From Patescibacteria group bacterium (GTDB lineage Bacteria > Patescibacteriota > Patescibacteriia > UBA9934 > GWF2-40-263): a stretch of DNA of 64,000 nucleotides. The notes under the pieces were generated by a model. The model was not told the DNA's origin. It saw only the letters and a list, made by a program, of their open reading frames with translations, and ran no database searches. Both the position numbers and the translations under genes were made by a program. Of this stretch, positions 17,964-26,757 are shown piece by piece. The stretch spans positions 143,456 through 207,455 of the forward strand of contig SCUM01000001.1 of NCBI GenBank assembly GCA_004297215.1, read 5' to 3'. The number at the start of each line of letters is the position of its first letter. Within the stretch, counting starts at the first letter, position 1.

Positions 17964-18482
17964 TCAGTTGACGTCGTTATCATCGGGATCTTTCGCGTCT
18001 CCATCCACGGCCGTGACGGCGACGGCGAGGAGCACGTGCGCGTATTCCTTGTGGAAATACGCGCCGGTCACGCCTTGGACGAACCCGCTTTCCTCCTGCC
18101 TGATCGTGCGGGCGAAGATGTCCACGAAGCTGCGCGCGACGACGGCGAGGAACGCGCGGGCCGCCCCCGTCTCGTTCCCGCGCACGGTCTCGTCGATGCG
18201 GTGCGCGACCGTGGCGCTGAGGCACGCCTGCAGGCACCCGCAGGCCGAGGCATGCTTGGTGTGCGATTCGAGCACGCCCGTGAGCGCGTGGACGACCTCG
18301 AGGTCCTTGAGTTCGAGGATCGCCTCGGCCAAGGGGCGCGCCTCGGCGCGGAAGCACTCGGTGAGCACCGCGACGAGCTTCTCGGGATCGGTGGGGATCC
18401 CGGAGGCCACGCCCTTGGCGAAGTGCCGGCACAGTTCGTGATGTTCGTCCGGCGTGAGCGCCGTTTTCTTCTTCTCCGTCAA
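17964..18482 (-). CDS. Hypothetical protein
   Basis: Open frame with backbone-like codon usage; start uncertain (TTG 18482 after GGAAAGG). Confidence 0.55.
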   Translation of the reverse strand: MTEKKKTALTPDEHHELCRHFAKGVASGIPTDPEKLVAVLTECFRAEARPLAEAILELKDLEVVHALTGVLESHTKHASACGCLQACLSATVAHRIDETVRGNETGAARAFLAVVARSFVDIFARTIRQEESGFVQGVTGAYFHKEYAHVLLAVAVTAVDGDAKDPDDNDVN

Positions 18483-18623
18483 GGTTCGCTGCCTTTCCGG
18501 CCGAGACGTTCGACCGCCGGGCACCATACGCGAAAACAGGCCTCCTGTCAATGGGCGTCGGGAAGGGAACGGGCGTTGACCGCGGCCGGATTCGCGCCTA
18601 TCCTGCGCCAAGAACAAGAAGCT

Positions 18624-19730
18624 ATGCCCATCGCTTCACGAACCGAACGCCTGAAGGCCGTCCTCGTGGGCGTGCCGGCGTTTCGTGCGACCCAGGTCGA
18701 GGAGGCGCTGTTCCGTCCGGACATTTCCGGATGGGCGGACGTGAAGAATCTCCCGAAGGCGCTGCGCGAGCGGCTCGTGGCGGAGGTGCCGTGGATGACG
18801 CTCGGGGAAGGGCCGATGCTTACGAGCAAGAAGGGGGACACGTTCAAGGCGGCGCTCGAGGTGGAGGGCGGCCCTTCGACAGGCTCAGGACAGGGCAAGC
18901 GCATCGAGACGGTGTTGATGGCGAACGCGCGCGGGCAGTGGACCGTGTGCGTTTCCGCGCAGGTGGGATGCGCCATGCGCTGCGCCTTCTGCGCCACGGG
19001 CAAGATGGGGCTCACGCGCAGCCTCACGGGCGACGAGATCGTTGACCAGTACCGTTTCTGGCGGCGGTTCCTGCACGAGCGCCCCGAGCTCCAGCCGCGC
19101 ATCAGCAACATCGTGTTCATGGGGATGGGCGAGCCGCTCGCCAACTACGAGGAGGTGAAGCGCGCGATCCGCATGATCCTGCGGCACACGGACATCGGCG
19201 AGACGCACATCGTGGTGTCCACCGTGGGCGTGCTCCCGCGATTGAAGCAGATCCTCACCGACAAGGATTTCCCGCCGGTGCGCATCGCGCTGTCGCTGCA
19301 CAGCGCCATCGCTGCGACGCGCAAATCCATCGTCCCCACGTCGTACGATAACTTCCTCCAGACGGTCACGGAGTGGACGCGCCAGTACTTCGAGGCGTTC
19401 CCGGCGCGCCGCCGCCACCTCACCTTCGAGTATGTGATGCTCAAGGGCGTGAACGATGACGACGCGCACGTGGAGGCGCTCACGCGTTACGCCAATGAGG
19501 CGGGCAAGGTGCGCATCAATCTCATCCCGTACAACTTCACGGGCGGCGAGTTTTCCCGCAGCGATGACGACCGCGTGGGCGCGTTCGTGAAAAGCCTTGA
19601 GCGCGCCGGCGTGCTCGTCACCGTGCGCCGCACCATGGGCGACGACATCGCCGCCGCCTGCGGCCAGCTCATCACCGATCCCAAGCCCGCGCCCACGGGA
19701 GGCAAGCCGGAGTACGCGGATGCGGAATAG
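18624..19730 (+). CDS. rlmN: 23S rRNA m2A2503 methyltransferase (radical SAM)
   Basis: QVGCAMRCAFCATG, MGMGEP, AACGQL. Confidence 0.95.
   Translation: MPIASRTERLKAVLVGVPAFRATQVEEALFRPDISGWADVKNLPKALRERLVAEVPWMTLGEGPMLTSKKGDTFKAALEVEGGPSTGSGQGKRIETVLMANARGQWTVCVSAQVGCAMRCAFCATGKMGLTRSLTGDEIVDQYRFWRRFLHERPELQPRISNIVFMGMGEPLANYEEVKRAIRMILRHTDIGETHIVVSTVGVLPRLKQILTDKDFPPVRIALSLHSAIAATRKSIVPTSYDNFLQTVTEWTRQYFEAFPARRRHLTFEYVMLKGVNDDDAHVEALTRYANEAGKVRINLIPYNFTGGEFSRSDDDRVGAFVKSLERAGVLVTVRRTMGDDIAAACGQLITDPKPAPTGGKPEYADAE
18871..18896 (+). repeat. REP-like palindrome in-frame in rlmN (GPSTGSGQG)
   Basis: GCCCTTCGACAGGCTCAGGACAGGGC; 18-nt core identical to reverse complement of 39813-39830. Confidence 0.8.
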
Positions 19731-19769
19731 GCCGCCTCTGCTATACTCCATGCATTAACGGACAGACCT

Positions 19770-20702
19770 ATGCGCCTCGGATTCGTCGGGCTCGGGAAAA
19801 TGGGCGGGAACATGGTGGAGCGGATGCTCGAGCGCGGGCATCGGCCGGTGATCTTCGCCCGCACCAAGGCGACCGTGCGCCGCTATGTGGAGAAGGGGGC
19901 GAAAGGCGCCGGGTCGCTCGCGGAGATGATGCGATCGCTCGGGACCGGGAAGCGCCTGGTGTGGATCATGGTCCCGCACGCCGCCGTTGACGGGGTGCTC
20001 GACGAGCTCATCCCGCTGCTCAAGCGCGGGGACACCGTGGTGGACGGCGGCAATTCGCCCTGGACGAAATCTGTGGAGCGTTCGGCACGCCTCAAGAAGC
20101 GCGGCATCGCCTTTCTCGACATCGGGGTCTCCGGCGGGCCTGCTGGGGCGCGTGACGGCGCCTGCCTCATGATCGGCGGCCCGGCTCCGACGTATCGCAA
20201 GCTGCACAGGCTGTTCGTGGACCTGTCCGTGAAGGACGGCGAGGCGCATCTGGGCCCCTCGGGCGCCGGACATTTCGCGAAGATGGTGCACAACGGGATC
20301 GAGTACGGGATGATGCAGGCGTTCGCCGAGGGGTTCGACGTGCTGCGCAAGAAAAAAGCGTTCCGCTTCGACCTCCGTCAAGTCGCGGGGCTGTACGGAC
20401 ATGGCAGCGTCGTGACCTCGCGCCTGAACGGCTGGCTGGAGGACGGGTTCAAGACGTTCGGGACCACTCTCAAGGGCGTGTCCGGCTCCGCCGTGGGAAC
20501 TGGCGAAGGGAAGTGGACCGTACAGACCGCGAAAACGCTCGGGGTCAGGACCCCGGTGATCTCCGCGTCCGTCGCGGCGCGCGTGGCAAGCATGAAGAAA
20601 CCGAGCTTCCAGGGGCAGGTGGTGATGGTGATGCGCAACCGGTTCGGCGGTCATGACCCGAACCCGAACCCTTCGACTTCGCTCAGGATCAAGAAGCGCT
20701 GA
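19770..20702 (+). CDS. gnd: 6-phosphogluconate dehydrogenase (short form)
   Basis: GLGKMG, VDGGNS, VSGG, KMVHNGIEYG, RNRFGGH. Confidence 0.95.
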   Translation: MRLGFVGLGKMGGNMVERMLERGHRPVIFARTKATVRRYVEKGAKGAGSLAEMMRSLGTGKRLVWIMVPHAAVDGVLDELIPLLKRGDTVVDGGNSPWTKSVERSARLKKRGIAFLDIGVSGGPAGARDGACLMIGGPAPTYRKLHRLFVDLSVKDGEAHLGPSGAGHFAKMVHNGIEYGMMQAFAEGFDVLRKKKAFRFDLRQVAGLYGHGSVVTSRLNGWLEDGFKTFGTTLKGVSGSAVGTGEGKWTVQTAKTLGVRTPVISASVAARVASMKKPSFQGQVVMVMRNRFGGHDPNPNPSTSLRIKKR

Positions 20703-20703
20703 T

Positions 20704-21954
20704 ATGGCCGGCATCGCCCTCATCGTGTTCGGAGGCACCGGCGACCTGACCCAGCGCAAGCTCTACCCCTCGCTGTACCATCTCGCGCAGCGCGGCCGGT
20801 TGCCCAAGGGATTCTCGTTGTACGGCGTCTCGCGCAAGACGCTGACGGACAAGGAGTTCCGGCGAAACATCGAGCGGGACATCCGCGCGTTCGCGCATGG
20901 GAAGATCGACGAGAAGGCCGTGGCACGGGTCACGGGCGCCGCGCATTACCTTTCCGCGGACCTGAACCATCGCGAAGGGTACGAGCGTCTCGAGGCGCGC
21001 CTGAAGCCGGGCACGCTCCGGCTGTTCTATCTCGCCCTTCCGCCCCGGCTGTTCACGCCGATCGTGGAACATCTCGACCGGTGCGGCATGGCGCGCGCCC
21101 TGGGAGCGGCGCGCTCGCGGGTGATCGTGGAGAAGCCGTTCGGCTACGATTACGCCTCCGGCAAGAAGCTGGAACGCGTCTTGAGCGCCGCGTTCGACGA
21201 ACCGCAGATCTTCCGCATCGACCATTATCTCGGCAAGCAGGCGGTGCAGGACCTGCTTGCGTACCGCCGCGGGCATCCGGCGTTCGAACGCTCGCTCGAC
21301 GCAGGGCACGTCGCGGCCATCCGCATCGATGCGCTCGAGCCGGGCGGGCTTGAGATGCGCGGACCCTATTACGACGGCGCCGGATCCATCCGCGACATGA
21401 CGCAGAACCACCTGCTCCAGCTTCTGGCGTTCATGACCATGAAGCTGCCGAGGACTTCGTCCGCCGCGACCATCCAGTCCGCGCGCGCGAAGGTGCTGAA
21501 GGCGGTCCGGCCGTTCCGTAATCGCGTAGACCTGTTGATCGGACAATACCGCGGCTATCACTCGGAGCCAGGCGTCGACAAGGACTCGAGGACGGACACG
21601 TACTCGTCGCTCGTCTTCGAGGTGAACGACGCGCGGTGGAAAGGGGTCCCGATCCTCGTCCGCACGGGAAAACGGCTGACGCGCAAGCTCACGGCGGTCA
21701 CGATCGAGTACAAGCCGAAACAGGGGAAGCGTCACGTTTTCCAGCTCGATCCCCATCCACACGTGGCGAACGAGATGGGAGATTACGAACGGCTTCTCCT
21801 CGCCGCTTTCGATGGGGAGCGCGAACTGTTCGTGAGCGCGGCGGAGGTGCTCAATTCCTGGAAAGCCGTGGACCCGTTCCTGAAGGCGGCCAAGCGGACG
21901 AAGCCCATCCTGTACCGCAAGGGTTCGCTCGGCCCCAAAGGAAAAACCGCCTGA
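20704..21954 (+). CDS. zwf: Glucose-6-phosphate dehydrogenase
   Basis: FGGTGDL, EKPFG, RIDHYLGK, RDMTQNHLLQ, RWKGVP..RTGK. Confidence 0.95.
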   Translation: MAGIALIVFGGTGDLTQRKLYPSLYHLAQRGRLPKGFSLYGVSRKTLTDKEFRRNIERDIRAFAHGKIDEKAVARVTGAAHYLSADLNHREGYERLEARLKPGTLRLFYLALPPRLFTPIVEHLDRCGMARALGAARSRVIVEKPFGYDYASGKKLERVLSAAFDEPQIFRIDHYLGKQAVQDLLAYRRGHPAFERSLDAGHVAAIRIDALEPGGLEMRGPYYDGAGSIRDMTQNHLLQLLAFMTMKLPRTSSAATIQSARAKVLKAVRPFRNRVDLLIGQYRGYHSEPGVDKDSRTDTYSSLVFEVNDARWKGVPILVRTGKRLTRKLTAVTIEYKPKQGKRHVFQLDPHPHVANEMGDYERLLLAAFDGERELFVSAAEVLNSWKAVDPFLKAAKRTKPILYRKGSLGPKGKTA

Positions 21955-21970
21955 CGATCAGGCGGTTTTC
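21941..21970. terminator. Bidirectional terminator
   Basis: AAAACCGCCTGA-CGA-TCAGGCGGTTTT. Confidence 0.8.
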
Positions 21971-21971
21971 G

Positions 21972-22097
21972 TTACTTCTTCGCGGCGGCCTTCTTGCCGA
22001 GCTTGGTGAGGCGGATGGCCTTCTTGCGGCGGCGCGCAATGATGTTTTCCTTGCGTGCGGCCTTCCACATGGTGCGATGGACTTTGCGGAGACCCAT
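21972..22097 (-). CDS. 41-aa highly basic microprotein
   Basis: Below ORF track cutoff; MGLRKVHRTMWKAARKENIIARRRKKAIRLTKLGKKAAAKK; CCTATG start, followed by a terminator. Confidence 0.7.
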   Translation of the reverse strand: MGLRKVHRTMWKAARKENIIARRRKKAIRLTKLGKKAAAKK

Positions 22098-22200
22098 AGG
22101 AGGATTCATTAGCAATGCGCGGAGTTTACCGACAAACCCCGGTTTGGTCAATGTTGCGCGGTTTTTGCGACGGGACTAAGGTTGGCCAAACCATATCCCT

Positions 22201-23688
22201 ATGAACATCACCGTGCGAAAAGGGGCCCTGCCCGAGGAAAAGGTGGACGTGCTCGTGGTAGGCGCCTTCATGCATAAGGACGGTTTCACCGGGGAAGCGG
22301 CCAAGCTCGATGAGGCTTTGGACGGCCTTCTTGCGGCCGAGGCGAAGGACCATGCCTTCAAGGGGAAGGCGGGCGAGACCCTGTCCGTGCGCATCGGGGA
22401 CTCCATGAAGGCGAAGCGGCTCGTCATCGTCGGCCTTGGCGAACCAGAAGCCTGCTCAGAAGAGTCCGTCCGTGAGGCGGCTGCCGCCGGGTTCAATCGT
22501 GCCAGGAACAGCGCGGCCAGGCGCGTCGCCTTCGTGTTGTTGGGAGAGGGGAAGGTGTCGGCGCGAGCTGTCGGAAAAGCAATGGCGGAAGGGATCCGAC
22601 TGGGCTCGTACGCGTTCGAACATTACAAGAGCGAGAAGTCCAAGCTGAAGGTGGACGAGGTGGTCATCCTCACCGGGAATGCTCGCGATGCGAAATCGGC
22701 GGAAGACGGGGTGATGCTTGGCGAAATCTACGCCGCGGCCACTTCCCGCGCGCGCGACCTCGTGAACTCCCCGAGCGCGCACATGTCGCCGAGGGACCTG
22801 CTGCTTGCCGCGCAGGAGGCGGTGAAGGGCCAGAAGGGCGTGCGCATCAGGTCCTACGACAAGGCCGCGCTCGCGAAGATGGGCGCGGGCGGCATCCTGG
22901 GCGTCGGGCAGGGATCCGACCATGATCCGGTTCTCGCGCACATGAGCTACAAGCCCGCCGGGGCGAAGAAGCGCGTCGCGCTCGTGGGCAAGGCGATCAC
23001 CTTCGATTCCGGCGGCCTCTCCCTCAAGTCGGCCGGAAACATGGAGACGATGAAACTTGACATGGCGGGAGCCGCCGCCGTGATCGGGGCGTTCTCCGTG
23101 ATCGCGAAGCTCGGCGTCAAGGCCGAGGTGCACGGGATCTTCGGCGCGTGCGAGAACATGCCAAGCGGCAAGGCGATCCGCCCGGGGGACGTGGTGAAGA
23201 CATTGAACGGCAAGACGATCGAGATCCGCAACACCGACGCCGAAGGGCGCGTGACCCTCGCCGACGCGCTCGCCTACGCCGCAAGGCTCAAGCCCGACCT
23301 CATCGTGGACATCGCCACGCTCACGGGCGCGGCCGTCGTCGCGCTGGGCGATGACATCACGGCGCTCATGACCAACGACGAAAGGGCCGGGGCGAAGGTG
23401 AAGGTCGCCGCCGCGGGCGCCGGCGAATCGGTGTGGGAACTCCCGCTCGAGAAGCGCTACCGCGATGACGTCATCTCCGACATCGCCGACTACAAGAACG
23501 ACGGCCCGCGCTCCGGCGGCGCCATCACCGCCGGGTTGCTGCTCAAGGAATTCGTGAACGACATCCCGTGGGTGCACCTCGACATCGCGGGCCCGGCCTT
23601 CGCCGAAAAGCCGCGCAACGCCTACACGCGCAAAGGCGGCACGGGCCACGGCGTTCGGACGCTGCTGGAATTGCTCCGAAACGCCTGA
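22201..23688 (+). CDS. pepA: Leucyl aminopeptidase (M17)
   Basis: GKAITFDSGG, MKLDMAG, NTDAEGR. Confidence 0.95.
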   Translation: MNITVRKGALPEEKVDVLVVGAFMHKDGFTGEAAKLDEALDGLLAAEAKDHAFKGKAGETLSVRIGDSMKAKRLVIVGLGEPEACSEESVREAAAAGFNRARNSAARRVAFVLLGEGKVSARAVGKAMAEGIRLGSYAFEHYKSEKSKLKVDEVVILTGNARDAKSAEDGVMLGEIYAAATSRARDLVNSPSAHMSPRDLLLAAQEAVKGQKGVRIRSYDKAALAKMGAGGILGVGQGSDHDPVLAHMSYKPAGAKKRVALVGKAITFDSGGLSLKSAGNMETMKLDMAGAAAVIGAFSVIAKLGVKAEVHGIFGACENMPSGKAIRPGDVVKTLNGKTIEIRNTDAEGRVTLADALAYAARLKPDLIVDIATLTGAAVVALGDDITALMTNDERAGAKVKVAAAGAGESVWELPLEKRYRDDVISDIADYKNDGPRSGGAITAGLLLKEFVNDIPWVHLDIAGPAFAEKPRNAYTRKGGTGHGVRTLLELLRNA

Positions 23689-23709
23689 TCCATGTGCCGC
23701 AGGCAGAAT

Positions 23710-23735
23710 GAAAAACGGGCAAGAGCCCGTTTTTC
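23710..23735. terminator. Bidirectional terminator
   Basis: GAAAAACGGGC-AAGA-GCCCGTTTTTC. Confidence 0.85.
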
Positions 23736-23747
23736 GTCGATTTCGTC

Positions 23748-24308
23748 TCAAGCCTTCCCGAGCGTCTTGCCGCCCTTCTTCCAATCCATGGGGCAAAGTT
23801 CGCCCGTCTGAAGCGCCTCGAGGACACGGAGAGTTTCGTCGACGGAGCGGCCCACGCCGAGGTCGTGATAGAGCGCGTAGCGGAGGATCCCTTCGGGGTC
23901 GATGATGAACGTCCCGCGCAGGGCGATGCCCTTGTCCTGGAGCAGTACGCCGTAGTCGCGGCTCACGCTGCGGGTGATGTCGGAAAAGAGGGGATAGTTG
24001 AGGTCACCGAGCTCCTTGAGCCAAGCCCGGTGCGAGTGTACCGAGTCGGTCGACCCGCCGAGCACGACGGCATCCAGTTTTTGAAATGCGTCATGCGCAT
24101 GCGAGAACGCGGTGATTTCGGTGGGGCACACGAAAGTGAAATCGAGCGGGTAGAAGAAGAGCACGACCCACTTGCCTTCGTATTGGTCGAGGTCGATCGT
24201 GACGAACTTCCCACCCTTCTCGACAGCCTCCACCTTGAAGTGCGGAGCACGGCTTCCCACCTGGGCCATCTGTGGGGCGTGCATGTCATCTTGCGTTTCG
24301 TGTGCCAT
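23748..24308 (-). CDS. ahpC: 2-Cys peroxiredoxin
   Basis: FYPLDFTFVCPTE and GELCP. Confidence 0.93.
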   Translation of the reverse strand: MAHETQDDMHAPQMAQVGSRAPHFKVEAVEKGGKFVTIDLDQYEGKWVVLFFYPLDFTFVCPTEITAFSHAHDAFQKLDAVVLGGSTDSVHSHRAWLKELGDLNYPLFSDITRSVSRDYGVLLQDKGIALRGTFIIDPEGILRYALYHDLGVGRSVDETLRVLEALQTGELCPMDWKKGGKTLGKA

Positions 24309-24312
24309 AGGA

Positions 24313-24939
24313 TCAGGAAAAGGAAATCTTAGACGCCTTCTCGTACACCTTATTCGCGGCGTCCCAGTTCAAGTTCTTCCAAAAGTCGGCGATGTAGGCC
24401 TTGCGGTCGGCGCCGTAGTCGATGAAATAGGCGTGCTCGTACACGTCGAGCACGATGAGCGGGATCGCGCCCCATACGCCGCCCTGGTTGTGGGCGTCCG
24501 CTCCGTAGATCTTGAGGCGGGCAAGGTGCGTGTCCCAGGCGAGCACCACCCAGCCGCGCATCGCCATGCCCGTGGCGGTAAAGAAGGCGACGAACGTCTC
24601 CATCGACCCCCACTTGGCGACGATGGCGTCCGCCAACGCGCCGGACGGTTTCCCGTCCCCACCGAGCACGTTGAAATAATGCTCGTGCAAATAGACGCCG
24701 TTGGTGGCAAACGTCTCGCCGTCGCGCAGGGCCCGCAGGTCGGAGTAACTCTGGTTTGCGGCTTCAAGCGTCGCGGCGGCGGTCGAAGCGGCTTTCAGCT
24801 TCTCGCCTACCTCTTTCATCTTGTTCACGTACCCCGCGTACAGCTTGTCGTGGTGGATCTGCATCGTCTTCTCGGTAATGCCCGTCAGTTTCGTAGCGAA
24901 CGGGAGAGGTTTCGCTTCGTAGGTTCGCGCGGAAGGCAT
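24313..24939 (-). CDS. sod: Fe/Mn superoxide dismutase
   Basis: IHHDKLY, LHEHYF, LDVYEHAYFIDY, NLNW. Confidence 0.92.
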   Translation of the reverse strand: MPSARTYEAKPLPFATKLTGITEKTMQIHHDKLYAGYVNKMKEVGEKLKAASTAAATLEAANQSYSDLRALRDGETFATNGVYLHEHYFNVLGGDGKPSGALADAIVAKWGSMETFVAFFTATGMAMRGWVVLAWDTHLARLKIYGADAHNQGGVWGAIPLIVLDVYEHAYFIDYGADRKAYIADFWKNLNWDAANKVYEKASKISFS

Positions 24940-24996
24940 ATGGACGGATGGCGTTAACGCGCTACTATGGTAGCCGTTGTGCGTTGAGCGTCAATC

Positions 24997-26001
24997 ATGC
25001 CTAAAGGAAAGGACATCGGCTGGTGGTCGGCATTGCTCCTCGGGGCGTTCCTCGTGGCGTTTTGGCAATACCGCGCGGCGCGCGTCCCGGGCGATGCGCC
25101 GGCGGCGGCCATGCATCCGAGCGTCACGGTCCCAGGTTCGGCGACGACATCGATCGATGATCCGGAGTACGAATCCGTCGTCTCGGCCGACCAGTACCTG
25201 AAGGACGACGGGGAGGGGTTGGCCCTCGATCTGGACGGCAAACGCCGGTTCTATCCGTTCCAGGTGCTCGTGTGGCACGGGGCAGTCAACGATCCAGCGC
25301 TCCCGGTCCTCGTCACCTATTCGCCGCTTGCCGGCACCTCCGGCGTCTTCGACCCGCGCGTCGACGGGGCCGTGAAGGCGTTCGACGTGACGGACATGCT
25401 GCGCGACAGTTCGCCGATCATCCTCGATCGCGAATCGCATGCCGCCGAAGCCGAGGGACAGCCGCGGATCCCGACCGCGGTGATGACCTGGAAGGCGTGG
25501 CGCACCGCGTTCCCGGACGGACTGGTGCTCGCGCGCCCCGGCGGGACGGACCATGACTACACGCGCGATCCGTTCCTGGAGTATCGCAAGACGGCGGCCC
25601 TGTGGTACCCGGTGGAGCCGAAGGATCCGCGCCTGCCCATGAAGGAACGCGTCGTCGGCATCGCCTCCGCGGGAACGGCCAAGGCCTTTCGGACCAGCGA
25701 CGTCGGGCGGCTGCTGATCATCGAGGACGAGGTCGGCGGCCTCCCCGTGCTCATCCTGTTCGACAAGACGCGGGAGACGATCACGGCGTTCGATCGGCGC
25801 GTCCTGGATGCCACGCTCACGTTCACCCTCGATGACGACCGCGGCATCGTGGATGCACAGAGCGATTCCGTCTGGAGCGCGCGCGGCATCGCCACGCGCG
25901 GTTCGTCGAAAGGGACGCATCTCGCCCCCATCGCGCTGCAACCCGCCTACTGGTTTTATTGGGCGGCAACCCATCCCGGCACCGACCTATGGCAACCTTA
26001 G
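24997..26001 (+). CDS. DUF3179 domain protein, membrane anchored
   Basis: FYPFQVLVWH..VND, VTYSPL, TWKAWR..FPD, YWFYWAATHP. Confidence 0.75.
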   Translation: MPKGKDIGWWSALLLGAFLVAFWQYRAARVPGDAPAAAMHPSVTVPGSATTSIDDPEYESVVSADQYLKDDGEGLALDLDGKRRFYPFQVLVWHGAVNDPALPVLVTYSPLAGTSGVFDPRVDGAVKAFDVTDMLRDSSPIILDRESHAAEAEGQPRIPTAVMTWKAWRTAFPDGLVLARPGGTDHDYTRDPFLEYRKTAALWYPVEPKDPRLPMKERVVGIASAGTAKAFRTSDVGRLLIIEDEVGGLPVLILFDKTRETITAFDRRVLDATLTFTLDDDRGIVDAQSDSVWSARGIATRGSSKGTHLAPIALQPAYWFYWAATHPGTDLWQP

Positions 26002-26681
26002 GAACGCTCTACGTCGTGGCCACGCCCATCGGCAACCTGTCCGACCTCTCCGAACGCGCAAAGGCGACGCTCGCTTCGGTTGATGCCATCTTGTGCGAGG
26101 ACACGCGCGTCACGTCCAAATTGCTTTCCGTCATCGGCGTCGCGAAGCCGCTCGTGGCCTTTCACCAACATTCCGACGCGCGCAAGACGCACGACGTCGT
26201 CCGTCGGCTGTCGGCGGGAGAATCCTTCGCGCTGGTCACGGACGCCGGGACGCCGGGCATCTCTGACCCGGGCGGGATGCTGGTCGAGGCCGTCGTGAAG
26301 GAGTTGGGCGACGCGGCGAAAATCGTCCCGATCCCCGGTCCGTCGGCGGTCATCGCGGCGCTGTCCGTGTCGGGTTTCCCGGCCGACCGCTTCACGTTCC
26401 TTGGGTTCCCGCCGCACAAGAAAGGGCGACAGACGTTCTTCAAGGAGCTCGCCTCAACGGAGGGGACGGTCGTGTTTTATGAAAGCACGCATCGGATCAT
26501 GAAGTGCCTGGAGGAGCTTGATGGGCTTGAGGAGCTTAAGGAGCGACGGCTTGTCGTCTGCCGTGAACTCACGAAGCTGCACGAGACGACGTATCGTGGG
26601 ACGGCGGCGGAGGTGACAGAACGGTTGAAAGCGACTAGTATTCGGGGCGAATTCGTGGTCGTCATCGGACCAAGTGCGTAG
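25989..26681 (+). CDS. rsmI: 16S rRNA C1402 2'-O-methyltransferase
   Basis: LYVVATPIGNL, CEDTR, DAGTPGISDPG, RELTKLHE. Confidence 0.96.
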   Translation: MATLGTLYVVATPIGNLSDLSERAKATLASVDAILCEDTRVTSKLLSVIGVAKPLVAFHQHSDARKTHDVVRRLSAGESFALVTDAGTPGISDPGGMLVEAVVKELGDAAKIVPIPGPSAVIAALSVSGFPADRFTFLGFPPHKKGRQTFFKELASTEGTVVFYESTHRIMKCLEELDGLEELKERRLVVCRELTKLHETTYRGTAAEVTERLKATSIRGEFVVVIGPSA

Positions 26682-26752
26682 TGAGTAGTTGGTAGTACGT
26701 AGATTTTCTACGTTCTATGTCCTACGCACTACCACCTACCAACTACGCACTA
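26678..26752. repeat. Inverted pair of heptamer tandem arrays (GTAG / CTAC cores)
   Basis: GTAGTGAGTAGTTGGTAGTACGTAG then CTACGCACTACCACCTACCAACTACGCACTA. Confidence 0.85.
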
Positions 26753-26757
26753 TCGAT

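Noticed and set aside
17940-18623. N-terminal extension of RlmN in the 596-aa ORF call
   Set aside because: It overlaps a minus-strand gene; homology begins at ATG 18624, which follows a TTGACC...TATCCT promoter.
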